From the NCBI GenBank assembly GCA_964016885.1, contig OZ024748.1:10230001-10294000 (forward strand): a stretch of 64,000 nt of DNA, given 5' to 3'. Position 1 is the stretch's first letter, and every line of letters starts with the position of its first letter. Shown here in pieces: positions 1 through 12,722 of the stretch. Source of the DNA: Eledone cirrhosa (Eukaryota). The position numbers were made by a program, and so were the translations under genes. The notes beneath the pieces were generated by a model. It was not told where the DNA came from and searched no databases. It saw only the letters and a program-made list of their open reading frames with translations.

Positions 1-112
1 CAAATCCCGCCGAGGTTGACTTTGCCTTTCATCCTTACGGGGTCGATAAAATAAAGTACCAGTAATGCACTGGATAATTGCTGGCCTTGTGCCTAAAGTA
101 GAAACAATTATT
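1..112 (+). mobile_element. tRNA-derived SINE with Nin/Deu-like domain (3' part)
   Basis: ctttgcctttcatccttacggggtcgataaaataaagtaccag...ggccttgtgcc, (att)n tail; many copies in window. Confidence 0.8.
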
Positions 113-1477
113 ATTATATATATATATATATATATATTCGACGGCTATTTCTGAAATAGCCGTCGAAACGACTTGAGCTCTGCTGTCGGGGTCATACTTT
201 CTCCTATATATATATATATAGAGAGAGAGATATAAACTTGAATTACTGGTAGCTGTCTTCACCAATATAAAATGGTGTGTGTGGTGGGAGAACTAGAGTT
301 TCATGTCAATGACCTGGGTTTGATTAAGAACGTTAGCACGAGACTTGTTCCTCGAGTCACTCTAACTTCTCGGCCAACAGTTATGTGCTTTTATGTGCGT
401 GTGTGTGCGCGCGCTTGCATATGTCTGTGTGTGTGTGTGGTCGTGCTTGTGTGTGTGTGGTTAATTAAATGTTAAAAGATGAATGGAAAATACCTAGGAA
501 TAGTTGTATTGTAAAACTAATGAAAACAACATATAAATATAACATGACATGATATGATAAAATATAAACACCATGTGATATGTCATGATATAATATAGTA
601 TAATATAATATACAAATATAATATAATAGCGGTTTGGTTGGTGTTGGCCTTGTTTTGTAGGAGTTAAGAACTAGGACAATACGAGGCAATCAAGAAAGCT
701 TCTACGTGGTCATTCAACATGCTAAAAAAAGCAGCAAAAATTTCCTTCAAATTCTTCCTAGAGCGAGTTAAAAACTTCGATTATCCATGCAATTAGTATG
801 TGAAAGCTCGCCCAGAGATGTTTAAAATCTAAAAGTAACAGACAATGGGGGTTACTCCAATTTCTAGTAGATCGAGCAACCAGGTGTGTGTGTGTGTGTT
901 TGTTGGATCTCCGTCGGTTCCAACAACGAGTGCTCCAGTTGATTCAATCACTGGAACAGCCTGATCACCAAATTGACGTGCAAGCGGCAGAACATTCCAG
1001 AACTACATATACCCTTAACGTAGATCTCAGAGAAAATGTGTGACTTACAATGTGATAAGGCTGGCCCCTTAAATTACAGGTACAACTCATGTATCGCAAT
1101 ATATTGAACTGAACTGGAGCAACATGATAAAATGTGTCTTACGCAAGGACACAACACCTCGCCGGAAATCGAACTCACGACCTTACGATCGTGAGACAAA
1201 CACTTTAACCACTAAATTAGCGACAAAGCAAGGGCTCGCTCGTTGACTCGATAAAACCTGTTTAGTCTCAGGTCGTATAATCATATGATCAAAGAGATTC
1301 CAGCCATGACCATCCTATCTTTTTTAAGGGACATCTGGGACTAATTTATAATTTGTTTGTTATTTTTCCTAAGGTTTAGTGAGAGGAGGAAGGGTTGTGC
1401 TCAAGGACCTCTTCAGGAATGACAAATAACATATAATTTGAATAAAATAGGGTCACTTTTTACTTGACACCCTGAAC

Positions 1478-1680
1478 ATGTGTTTATTTTACTTAATGGT
1501 TAATCTAGAACTACTACTAGTAGTAGTACCGCCACTACAACTACTACTACTAGCACTATAATAATAATGAAATTATTATTATTATTATTATAGTGCTAGT
1601 AATAGTAGTAGTAGTAGTTGTAGTGGTGGTACTACTAGTAGTAGTAGTTCTAGATTAACCATTAAGTAAAATAAATACAT
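1478..1680. repeat. Inverted repeat (~95-bp arms) containing (cta)n/(tag)n
   Basis: atttacttaatggttaatctagaactac... versus ...gtagttctagattaaccattaagtaaaat. Confidence 0.85.
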
Positions 1681-1741
1681 TAGTACCACCATCACTACAA
1701 CTAGCACTACTACTACTACTACTACTACTACTTTATAAAAT

Positions 1742-1931
1742 AATTGTTTCTACTTTTGGCACAAGGCCAGCAATTACCCAGTCCATTACTGGTACTTTAT
1801 TTTATCGACCCCGTAAGGATGAAAGGCAAAGTTAACCTCGGCGGGATTTGAACTCAGAATGGCAAAGGCCGTAACTCTATACGTCAAAGCATGGCGTCCG
1901 ACCCTCTACCGATACTGCCAATCCACCGCCC
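1742..1931 (-). mobile_element. Same SINE family, near full length
   Basis: Reverse complement of the above with B-box-like gagttcaaatccc. Confidence 0.8.
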
Positions 1932-2741
1932 TTAATGGTTTCATCTATTGGCCACAAGGGCCGACCAGACCACACACAGACACGCACGTACACAATAAAC
2001 AAACTTCTAAAAAGTTCTAAAGTTACGTGTGAACTCCTCTCGTGTTTATATAACAAGAGTTAACTGCCCTTGATAATTAATAAATCCTGTTTCCTCATTT
2101 GTTGTAAAGTATGAATGAGAAGGCTAGGTTCTTGTTCTTGTTCTTGTTCTTTTAACATAAAATATAAACATCATGTAACTCAAAATAACATGGAAAGTTT
2201 TTAAATTAACGATATCACATTTTAAACTAAAATTCCAAGTAAGAGTTTCGTCGATATTTTAGTGTTATAAAACTAGCGGTAGGTGATGCTAGTGTTGAAT
2301 AAAACAGAGGGAAAGTGTAAAAAAAATTAATCACGAAAAATATTTTTGTACTTTTAAAATTACCAAATGAAATCTAAAGAATTATAAAAATAGAATAAAT
2401 ATATAAATAAAATTATACAATAAAATTATACAACATGGTTTTCGATGTAGCCGAATATTTTTTTCTTTTTTTTTGTAATAAGTAACAATATTTCGGAAAT
2501 GGAAATTATTAAATTTAACATGATGTAAGAATGACCATAAAATGAAAATATAGCTTTCTTGGAAAATTTTCGTGAATATTTCATTATCAAAGTTGAGCTA
2601 AGTAATTTTATCAGTAATATCTGACCAATTTACATCTCTGCAACATTATTCTGAAAACTGGGCGGGCTATGTTTAGGTTTAGTTGGCAAAACTTAAGGGC
2701 TACTGACAGATTTTATATATCGTAAACGAAATTTAAGGGTT

Positions 2742-2835
<94 letters not shown>

Positions 2836-2925
2836 AACCCTTAAATTTTGCCTACTAAACTTTGAAAGATACAGTTCGCTTTAAAAATACAAGTATATAG
2901 GTATATATATATGTGTGTGTGTATG

Positions 2926-2958
<33 letters not shown>

Positions 2959-5544
2959 TATATAGTTACGTACAGTTGATGTATCCCTGCTTTTCTCACA
3001 GCAGACGAGACGGCTTTCACGGCTGTAAGAATGGCATTTATTAACTGTGTCAAGTCCCCTTTAGCATCAGGATATTTCCTCTGTTCCGCTAAAACGAACC
3101 TCGTTAAAGTCATACAATCCGTGTCAAAACTCATGTTTTGGGAGTTTTTTTGTTTTTTTTTATGTGTGTGAGAGAGTTGAGTGTTGTGGGGATTAAATGT
3201 CGTTTAAGAAGGTGAAATTCTTCGTAAAGTTTCTTCTGTAGATAAATGAGAAATAGATAAAGGGAAAAAGGAGAGAAAGAGAGAGAGAAGTGGTGGTCAC
3301 ACCGACCAGCAAGCTAAAAAGTTGTTATTTTAACAAACAGCCTCGTGACACCATAAATAAGAGCGTTGTGGGTAGCGAAGGGGTGGGACAAACAACGTGG
3401 ATTGGACACGAGTAAGAAAGAAGAAGAAAAACAACTATAGGAAAGTGTTGATTAGAATTAAATGATATACAGAGAGAGGCGGGGAGATGGGAGCCGGCCC
3501 TAGTTGGTTAATTCAGTGTTTGGTTGGGTAATTACATGATAAGGGTGGGTGACGGGGTGGGTTTAGTTTTGCTGGTTTGTTTATAAAAGTTCACTTTTTC
3601 TCCCTTTCCCTCTCTCTCACTCCTTCTCTCCCTTTCTCCCTCTCTTTCTCTCTCTTTCTCTCTCCTTCTCTCCCTTTCTCTCTCTTTCCTCTCTTTTCCC
3701 TTTCTCCCTCTCTGCTTTGCTGGTTTCTTTATAAAGTTTACTTTTTTCTCCATCTAGCTCCCTCTCTTTCTCTCCCTTTCTCACTCTCTCCCTTTCTCCC
3801 CTCTCTCTCTCTCTCTCTCTCTCTTTTCTCTCTCACTCCCTTTCTCCGTCTCTGCTTCGCTGGTTTCTTTATAAAAGTTCACTTTTTCTCCTTCTCTCTA
3901 TCCATCTAGTCACGATCACTACCATGTATTATCATATCAACCACCGCCGCCGCCACCACCACCACCACCACCATCTTCTATCGTATCACCAACAACAACA
4001 ACAGACCACCGCCACCACCACCATCTTCCGTCGTATCACCGCCACCACCATCATCTTCCGTCGTATCACCAACAACCACCGGCGCCACAACCACCACCAT
4101 CTACTCTCATATCACCAAGCACCACCACCACTGACACCACTTTCTGTCATATAACCTACAATCACCACCATCTGCTGCCACACCATCAACCACCACCACC
4201 ATCGCCACCTTCAATCCTATGAACAACGACTAAGACCACCACCACCACCATCTTCTGTCCTATAACCAACGACCACCATCACCTTCTGTAATATAACTCT
4301 ACCACCACCACTTGTCATATCACCAACGTCGACGACCACCACCACCATCGCCAGTGGCTGCCGAAAAAAGGAAAAAAGAAAGAAAGGATTCACATAAATA
4401 ACAGGGAGATAATTCTTCCCAAATAGAGCACCAATGTGATCACTCCAATTGCTAGAAATAACAGTCAAATCCATACCTCGAAATATTACACTCGCACCAT
4501 GCTAGAAACGAACACATATTCTGAAATCCCTGTACAATAAAAATAGACGGGATGGTCATGGTTGTGATACCTGTATTGTCAGGGCTGACATAGTGTTTAA
4601 TCATTAAAACGCTGGACAAAATATATTTTTTGCGGTATGTAGTTACGTTCTCACTTCAAATCTCGCCGATGTCAACTTTGCCTTTCATCCTTACGGGATC
4701 GATAAATAAAGTAGCAGTAACACACCGGGGTCGATGTAATCGATAGAATGACAGGCACGCAGACAGACAGGCAAACAGACAAACAATAGACGGACAGACA
4801 GAATGACAGGCACGCAGACAATATACAGACAGACAAGCAGACAATAGACGGGCAGACAGACAAACAAGTAGACAGACGGACTGACAGACAGACGGACAAG
4901 CAGTCAGACAGAAAGCAGGCAGATAAAGAGAGGAGAGGAAACGTTCTGCAGGTGTTTTATATAATGTTTACAATATAAAAAATAGAAGAAAAAAAAGAGG
5001 GAAAAAATAAAATAGCGAAAGAAAAGGAAAATAGGGGGGGGTGGGTGGTAGATTCTAGACCCTTGTCTGGGTGGTATATCTCAGCTGTGACACACCACAC
5101 GCAGACAGAATAGCGAAGGCATTTGTCGCAGAGAACAGCCAGCCACTCGGTATATTAGCTATTCTACCTCAAGGGGTGTTCCTTCTTCTTCAAGTGAGAT
5201 ACACTCCTCTCCCACAACATCCGCCATTTTGGCAGAGAAAAATGGCATTTCGGTATCGGAAGACAGCAGAAATCTCGTCAGAGACTGACACGAAATGGAA
5301 GGGGTCGGTCAGTCAAGTCTCCCGGTATTTGGTTATCAATTCTGCAATGGTTTCATCCAGTTTAATAGTGTCTTTGTTTTCTTTAAGAAATATATATATA
5401 CAGAGTGTGTGTCCGTGGAATGTATATATATATATATATATATATACACCAGGTCCGAACACAAAATAATCGAACTCCCACTGTCACTGCCTCCGATTCT
5501 CCATCTCTCCCATCTCTCACTATTATGATTAAATGGGGGTCCAC

Positions 5545-5690
5545 GCCGTGGTTGGCGCCGGCGAACAGAATAGAGAAGGCGTTTCCCCGGAGGATGTTGA
5601 GGGAGACACGCTGGAAGAGCCATTCCAGCTCGTGTGGCTCACATCTGCGGGTAGCCAACTCTGTGTCGATGGTGGTGAACAGGGAGTTGT
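5545..5690 (-). mobile_element. Second CRE-type C-terminal fragment, inverted
   Basis: SLFTTIDTELATRRCEPHELEWLFQRVSLNILRGNAFSIL. Confidence 0.68.
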
Positions 5691-5984
5691 TATTAAGTTG
5701 TAAAAAAGTCATTAGAGTTATTTCCCTTGAATCTTCTGCCTTAACACACACAAGTATGTTATTGCGGTGCTTGTTACTTTACTTCTCAATGGAACTTTGA
5801 CCATTTATCTATTTCGTATTATTTTTCTTAATACCAAACACTTCATCATTCGGTAAGGTGTGTCTATGTGCCTGTGCAACCGTGCATACGTTTGTTTGCT
5901 TTCGTGTGCGTATGTATGTTTATGTGTGCATGTGTGCAGCTATCAGCAATATTATTGAAAACTAAACATTTACATAATACTAAA

Positions 5985-6215
5985 CTTTCTCTCCGACAGG
6001 TTTGCGGTTGTAACCCTTGGCAATGGAGACTTCTGGTGTCCTCGGCCCTAGGGCTACCTCCCTACTCACCACCATAGGCGCTGAGCTGGCTAGCCGCAGG
6101 TGTGAGCCCAGTGAGTTGGAATGGCTTTTCCAGCGCGTCTCTCTTGCCGTCCTCCGGGGAAACGCCTTCTCTATTCTGTCCGCCGGGGAGGCCACCAATA
6201 TGATTGACTGACTTG
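5985..6215 (+). mobile_element. C-terminal fragment of a restriction-like-endonuclease (CRE-type) non-LTR retrotransposon
   Basis: PLAMETSGVLGPRATSLLTTIG...WLFQRVSLAVLRGNAFSIL, matching the FQRxSxAxxRGNA motif. Confidence 0.7.
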
Positions 6216-7136
6216 TCATTTTATCAGTCAGATGTTTTTAGACCTGTTGTGTGAATAACATTACAAATTATTTATTATTTTTATGTTAGCCGCTTGGTAT
6301 TACACTGCACATCTCCCTTCAATCTATAAAGGGTTTATAGTAGATTAGAGAAAAACACAATCAGTAAAACAGTAATGGAATGAAAAACTGTCAAACTGTT
6401 TTGAGGTTTATTTTCAGAGTTGCTTCCCTTTAAATTGAATAGTTTATTATACAAAGCTAGGTTTCTAGCATTGGCTCCAGGCCAACGACTTTATTTCATT
6501 GGTAGAAATAATAGTTTGTTACTGTTACACCAGACTAGACATTTCTAAAATAGGAGTCTATTCTACTCAGTCTTTTATTGGGATTTCACATCATATCTAG
6601 CAGACCTGTCAACTCTCACCGTCCGACGAGGAGATTTGCAATTGGCTTTGGTGTGGGTGAGATGTCTTCTCTTGTGAAAATGGGTATAGCTTTTATGTAA
6701 AAATCTCCCCATTTTGCATCATTCTCTCACTTTTGGGGCACTTTTTTTTCATGGTACTACCCGTTTAGGTTTTTAGAGGTTGGCATGTCTGTATCTAGAT
6801 AATGATTTTATATTTAGGCACAAGGCCAGCAATTTTGGCGAGGGGTGGGGAAAGCCGATTAAATCGACCTCAGTACTGACTGCAACTAATTTTATCATCC
6901 GACTTCGGCTGGATTTGAACCGATTTGATTGAACTCAGAACTTAAGAACCCGGAAGGAAAAAATACCGCTACAACATCTATCGAATTCTACGACTCTGAT
7001 CATCGGTATCGTGGATATCATTCAGGTGATTGATATGAATATGTAAGTGTGAATGTAAGTTGTAGTTTGTTGAATATTCGTAGTTACGAGTATTCTCTTA
7101 AACGTGTATACATGAATCGTATAGATACTCAGTGAT

Positions 7137-7336
7137 NNNNNNNNNNNNNNNNNNNNNNNNNNNNNNNNNNNNNNNNNNNNNNNNNNNNNNNNNNNNNNNN
7201 NNNNNNNNNNNNNNNNNNNNNNNNNNNNNNNNNNNNNNNNNNNNNNNNNNNNNNNNNNNNNNNNNNNNNNNNNNNNNNNNNNNNNNNNNNNNNNNNNNNN
7301 NNNNNNNNNNNNNNNNNNNNNNNNNNNNNNNNNNNN
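7137..7336. other. Assembly gap (200 N)
   Basis: Run of N. Confidence 1.
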
Positions 7337-10300
7337 TTCGAAAGTATATACTTTCCTTATGAAAATTAACGGCCGAGCAGCCCAATTTGCATATTGAGTG
7401 AGTTAAATCGGTCAGGCATACCGAAAACGATAAGTTGAAAAAAATGAAAACGAAATTTCATTTCTCACTCTTAGTATGGCACCTACTTAAATGTAAGTAT
7501 GTATGTATACGTACATACATATATGTATACAGACGTACAGTAGCATGCATATATATATATATACACACACATATATATACATATATATATATATACCTAT
7601 ATATACACATATGCATACAGGTACACACACATATATGCACGCATCAGTTTAGCCGGCGTTTATTATAACGCCGGCCGCTTTGTTCGTTTGTTTGTCAACA
7701 AAGCGAACAGCCTGAATTTATGCCATACGGTGTTAAGGCAACCACGTCACCTTTTTGTTCAACACTGACACAGGAACGATGTACTAGTTTCAAGCTTGTT
7801 AGCTATCATCAGCACCGTTCACCCATCTGCCAGATAGTTGAACGTTCGAAAGTATATACTTTCCTTATGAAAATTAACGGCCGAGCAGCCCAATTTGCAT
7901 ATTGAGTGAGTTAAATCGGGTCAGGCATACCGAAAACGATAAGTTGAAAAAAATGAAACGAAAATTTCATTTCTCACTCTTAGTATGGCACCTACTTAAA
8001 TGTAAGTATGTATGTATACGTACATACATATATGTATACAGACGTACAGTAGCATGCATATATATATATATACACACACATATATATACATATATATATA
8101 TATACATATATAACACATATGCATACAGGTACCACACACATATATGCACGCATCAGTTTAGCCGGCGTTTATTATAACGCCGGCCGCTTTGTTCGTTTGT
8201 TTGTCAACAAAGCGAACAGCCTGAATTTATGCCATACGGTGTTAAGGCAACCACGTCACCTTTTTGTTCAACACTGACACAGGAACGATGTACTAGTTTC
8301 AAGCTTGTTAGCTATCATCAGCACCGTTCACGCCATCTGCCAGATAGTTGAACGTTCGAAAGTATATACTTTCCTTATGAAAATTAACGGCCGAGCAGCC
8401 CAATTTGCATATTGAGTGAGTTAAATCGGTCAGGCATACCGAAAACGATAAGTTGAAAAAAATGAAAACGAAATTTCATTTCTCACTCTTAGTATGGCAC
8501 CTACTTAAATGTAAGTATGTATGTATACGTACATACATATATGTATACAGACGTACAGTAGCATGCATATATATATATATACACACACATATATAACATA
8601 TATATATATATACATATATATACACATATGCATACAGGTACACACACATATATGCACGCATCAGTTTAGCCGGCGTTTATTATAACGCCGGCCGCTTTGT
8701 TCGTTTGTTTGTCAACAAAGCGAACAGCCTGAATTTATGCCATACGGTGTTAAGGCAACCACGTCACCTTTTTGTTCAACACTGACACAGGAACGATGTA
8801 CTAGTTTCAAGCTTGTTAGCTATCATCAGCACCGTTCACCCATCTGCCAGATAGTTGAACGTTCGAAAGTATATACTTTCCTTATGAAAATTAACGGCCG
8901 AGCAGCCCAATTTGCATATTGAGTGAGTTAAATCGGTCAGGCATACCGAAAACGATAAGTTGAAAAAAATGAAAACGAAATTTCATTTCTCACTCTTAGT
9001 ATGGCACCTACTTAAATGTAAGTATGTATGTATACGTACATACATATATGTATACAGACGTACAGTAGCATGCATATATATATATATACACACACATATA
9101 TATACATATATATATATATACATATATATACACATATGCATACAGGTACACACACATATATGCACGCATCAGTTTAGCCGGCGTTTATTATAACGCCGGC
9201 CGCTTTGTTCGTTTGTTTGTCAACAAAGCGAACAGCCTGAATTTATGCCATACGGTGTTAAGGCAACCACGTCACCTTTTTGTTCAACACTGACACAGGA
9301 ACGATGTACTAGTTTCAAGCTTGTTAGCTATCATCAGCACCGTTCACCCATCTGCCAGATAGTTGAACGTTCGAAAGTATATACTTTCCTTATGAAAATT
9401 AACGGCCGAGCAGCCCAATTTGCATATTGAGTGAGTTAAATCGGTCAGGCATACCGAAAACGATAAGTTGAAAAAAATGAAAACGAAATTTCATTTCTCA
9501 CTCTTAGTATGGCACCTACTTAAATGTAAGTATGTATGTATACGTACATACATATATGTATACAGACGTACAGTAGCATGCATATATATATATATACACA
9601 CACAATATATATACATATATATATATATACATATATATACACATATGCATACAGGTACACACACATATATGCACGCATCAGTTTAGCCGGCGTTTATTAT
9701 AACGCCGGCCGCTTTGTTCGTTTGTTTGTCAACAAAGCGAACAGCCTGAATTTATGCCATACGGTGTTAAGGCAACCACGTCACCTTTTTGTTCAACACT
9801 GACACAGGAACGATGTACTAGTTTCAAGCTTGTTAGCTATCATCAGCACCGTTCACCCATCTGCCAGATAGTTGAACGTTCGAAAGTATATACTTTCCTT
9901 ATGAAAATTAACGGCCGAGCAGCCCAATTTGCATATTGAGTGAGTTAAATCGGTCAGGCATACCGAAAACGATAAGTTGAAAAAAATGAAAACGAAATTT
10001 CATTTCTCACTCTTAGTATGGCACCTACTTAAATGTAAGTATGTATGTATACGTACATACATATATGTATACAGACGTACAGTAGCATGCATATATATAT
10101 ATATACACACACATATATATACATATATATATATATACATATATATACACATATGCATACAGGTACACACACATATATGCACGCATCAGTTTAGCCGGCG
10201 TTTATTATAACGCCGGCCGCTTTGTTCGTTTGTTTGTCAACAAAGCGAACAGCCTGAATTTATGCCATACGGTGTTAAGGCAACCACGTCACCTTTTTGT

Positions 10301-12722
10301 TCAACACTGACACAGGAACGATGTACTAGTTTCAAGCTTGTTAGCTATCATCAGCACCGTTCACCCATCTGCCAGATAGTTGAACGTTCGAAAGTATATA
10401 CTTTCCTTATGAAAATTAACGGCCGAGCAGCCCAATTTGCATATTGAGTGAGTTAAATCGGTCAGGCATACCGAAAACGATAAGTTGAAAAAAATGAAAA
10501 CGAAATTTCATTTCTCACTCTTAGTATGGCACCTACTTAAATGTAAGTATGTATGTATACGTACATACATATATGTATACAGACGTACAGTAGCATGCAT
10601 ATATATATATATACACACACATATATATACATATATATATATATACATATATATACACATATGCATACAGGTACACACACATATATGCACGCATCAGTTT
10701 AGCCGGCGTTTATTATAACGCCGGCCGCTTTGTTCGTTTGTTTGTCAACAAAGCGAACAGCCTGAATTTATGCCATACGGTGTTAAGGCAACCACGTCAC
10801 CTTTTTGTTCAACACTGACACAGGAACGATGTACTAGTTTCAAGCTTGTTAGCTATCATCAGCACCGTTCACCCATCTGCCAGATAGTTGAACGTTCGAA
10901 AGTATATACTTTCCTTATGAAAATTAACGGCCGAGCAGCCCAATTTGCATATTGAGTGAGTTAAATCGGTCAGGCATACCGAAAACGATAAGTTGAAAAA
11001 AATGAAAACGAAATTTCATTTCTCACTCTTAGTATGGCACCTACTTAAATGTAAGTATGTATGTATACGTACATACATATATGTATACAGACGTACAGTA
11101 GCATGCATATATATATATATACACACACATATATATACATATATATATATATACATATATATACACATATGCATACAGGTACACACACATATATGCACGC
11201 ATCAGTTTAGCCGGCGTTTATTATAACGCCGGCCGCTTTGTTCGTTTGTTTGTCAACAAAGCGAACAGCCTGAATTTATGCCATACGGTGTTAAGGCAAC
11301 CACGTCACCTTTTTGTTCAACACTGACACAGGAACGATGTACTAGTTTCAAGCTTGTTAGCTATCATCAGCACCGTTCACCCATCTGCCAGATAGTTGAA
11401 CGTTCGAAAGTATATACTTTCCTTATGAAAATTAACGGCCGAGCAGCCCAATTTGCATATTGAGTGAGTTAAATCGGTCAGGCATACCGAAAACGATAAG
11501 TTGAAAAAAATGAAAACGAAATTTCATTTCTCACTCTTAGTATGGCACCTACTTAAATGTAAGTATGTATGTATACGTACATACATATATGTATACAGAC
11601 GTACAGTAGCATGCATATATATATATATACACACACATATATATACATATATATATATATACATATATATACACATATGCATACAGGTACACACACATAT
11701 ATGCACGCATCAGTTTAGCCGGCGTTTATTATAACGCCGGCCGCTTTGTTCGTTTGTTTGTCAACAAAGCGAACAGCCTGAATTTATGCCATACGGTGTT
11801 AAGGCAACCACGTCACCTTTTTGTTCAACACTGACACAGGAACGATGTACTAGTTTCAAGCTTGTTAGCTATCATCAGCACCGTTCACCCATCTGCCAGA
11901 TAGTTGAACGTTCGAAAGTATATACTTTCCTTATGAAAATTAACGGCCGAGCAGCCCAATTTGCATATTGAGTGAGTTAAATCGGTCAGGCATACCGAAA
12001 ACGATAAGTTGAAAAAAATGAAAACGAAATTTCATTTCTCACTCTTAGTATGGCACCTACTTAAATGTAAGTATGTATGTATACGTACATACATATATGT
12101 ATACAGACGTACAGTAGCATGCATATATATATATATACACACACATATATATACATATATATATATATACATATATATACACATATGCATACAGGTACAC
12201 ACACATATATGCACGCATCAGTTTAGCCGGCGTTTATTATAACGCCGGCCGCTTTGTTCGTTTGTTTGTCAACAAAGCGAACAGCCTGAATTTATGCCAT
12301 ACGGTGTTAAGGCAACCACGTCACCTTTTTGTTCAACACTGACACAGGAACGATGTACTAGTTTCAAGCTTGTTAGCTATCATCAGCACCGTTCACCCAT
12401 CTGCCAGATAGTTGAACGTTCGAAAGTATATACTTTCCTTATGAAAATTAACGGCCGAGCAGCCCAATTTGCATATTGAGTGAGTTAAATCGGTCAGGCA
12501 TACCGAAAACGATAAGTTGAAAAAAATGAAAACGAAATTTCATTTCTCACTCTTAGTATGGCACCTACTTAAATGTAAGTATGTATGTATACGTACATAC
12601 ATATATGTATACAGACGTACAGTAGCATGCATATATATATATATACACACACATATATATACATATATATATATATACATATATATACACATATGCATAC
12701 AGGTACACACACATATATGCAC
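7337..12722 (-). repeat. 508-bp tandem array (~10.6 near-identical units), one type I hammerhead per full unit; retrozyme/Penelope pLTR-like
   Basis: The same sequence recurs every 508-509 nt. HHR copies on the - strand at 7774, 8283, 8791, 9299, 9808, 10316, 10824, 11332, 11840 and 12348 (47 nt each). Confidence 0.95.
7774..7820 (-). ncRNA. Type I hammerhead ribozyme motif (first of 10 identical array copies)
   Basis: Reverse complement of gaacgatgtactagtttcaagcttgttagctatcatcagcaccgttc; same fold as 13102-13148. Confidence 0.88.

Noticed and set aside
3530-4360. R/E-rich, S/L/F-rich and poly-His ORFs
   Set aside because: Translations of (CT)n and (CAC)n simple repeats.
5240-5290. CUGACGA...GAAA on the - strand as a hammerhead
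   Set aside because: No helix I partner after the putative cleavage site and no convincing helix II.
7337-12722. CRISPR array, or a 5S/tRNA/snRNA/SL-RNA gene array
   Set aside because: Whole units are identical (no variable spacers), the context is eukaryotic, and I recognised no 5S, tRNA cloverleaf or snRNA sequence.
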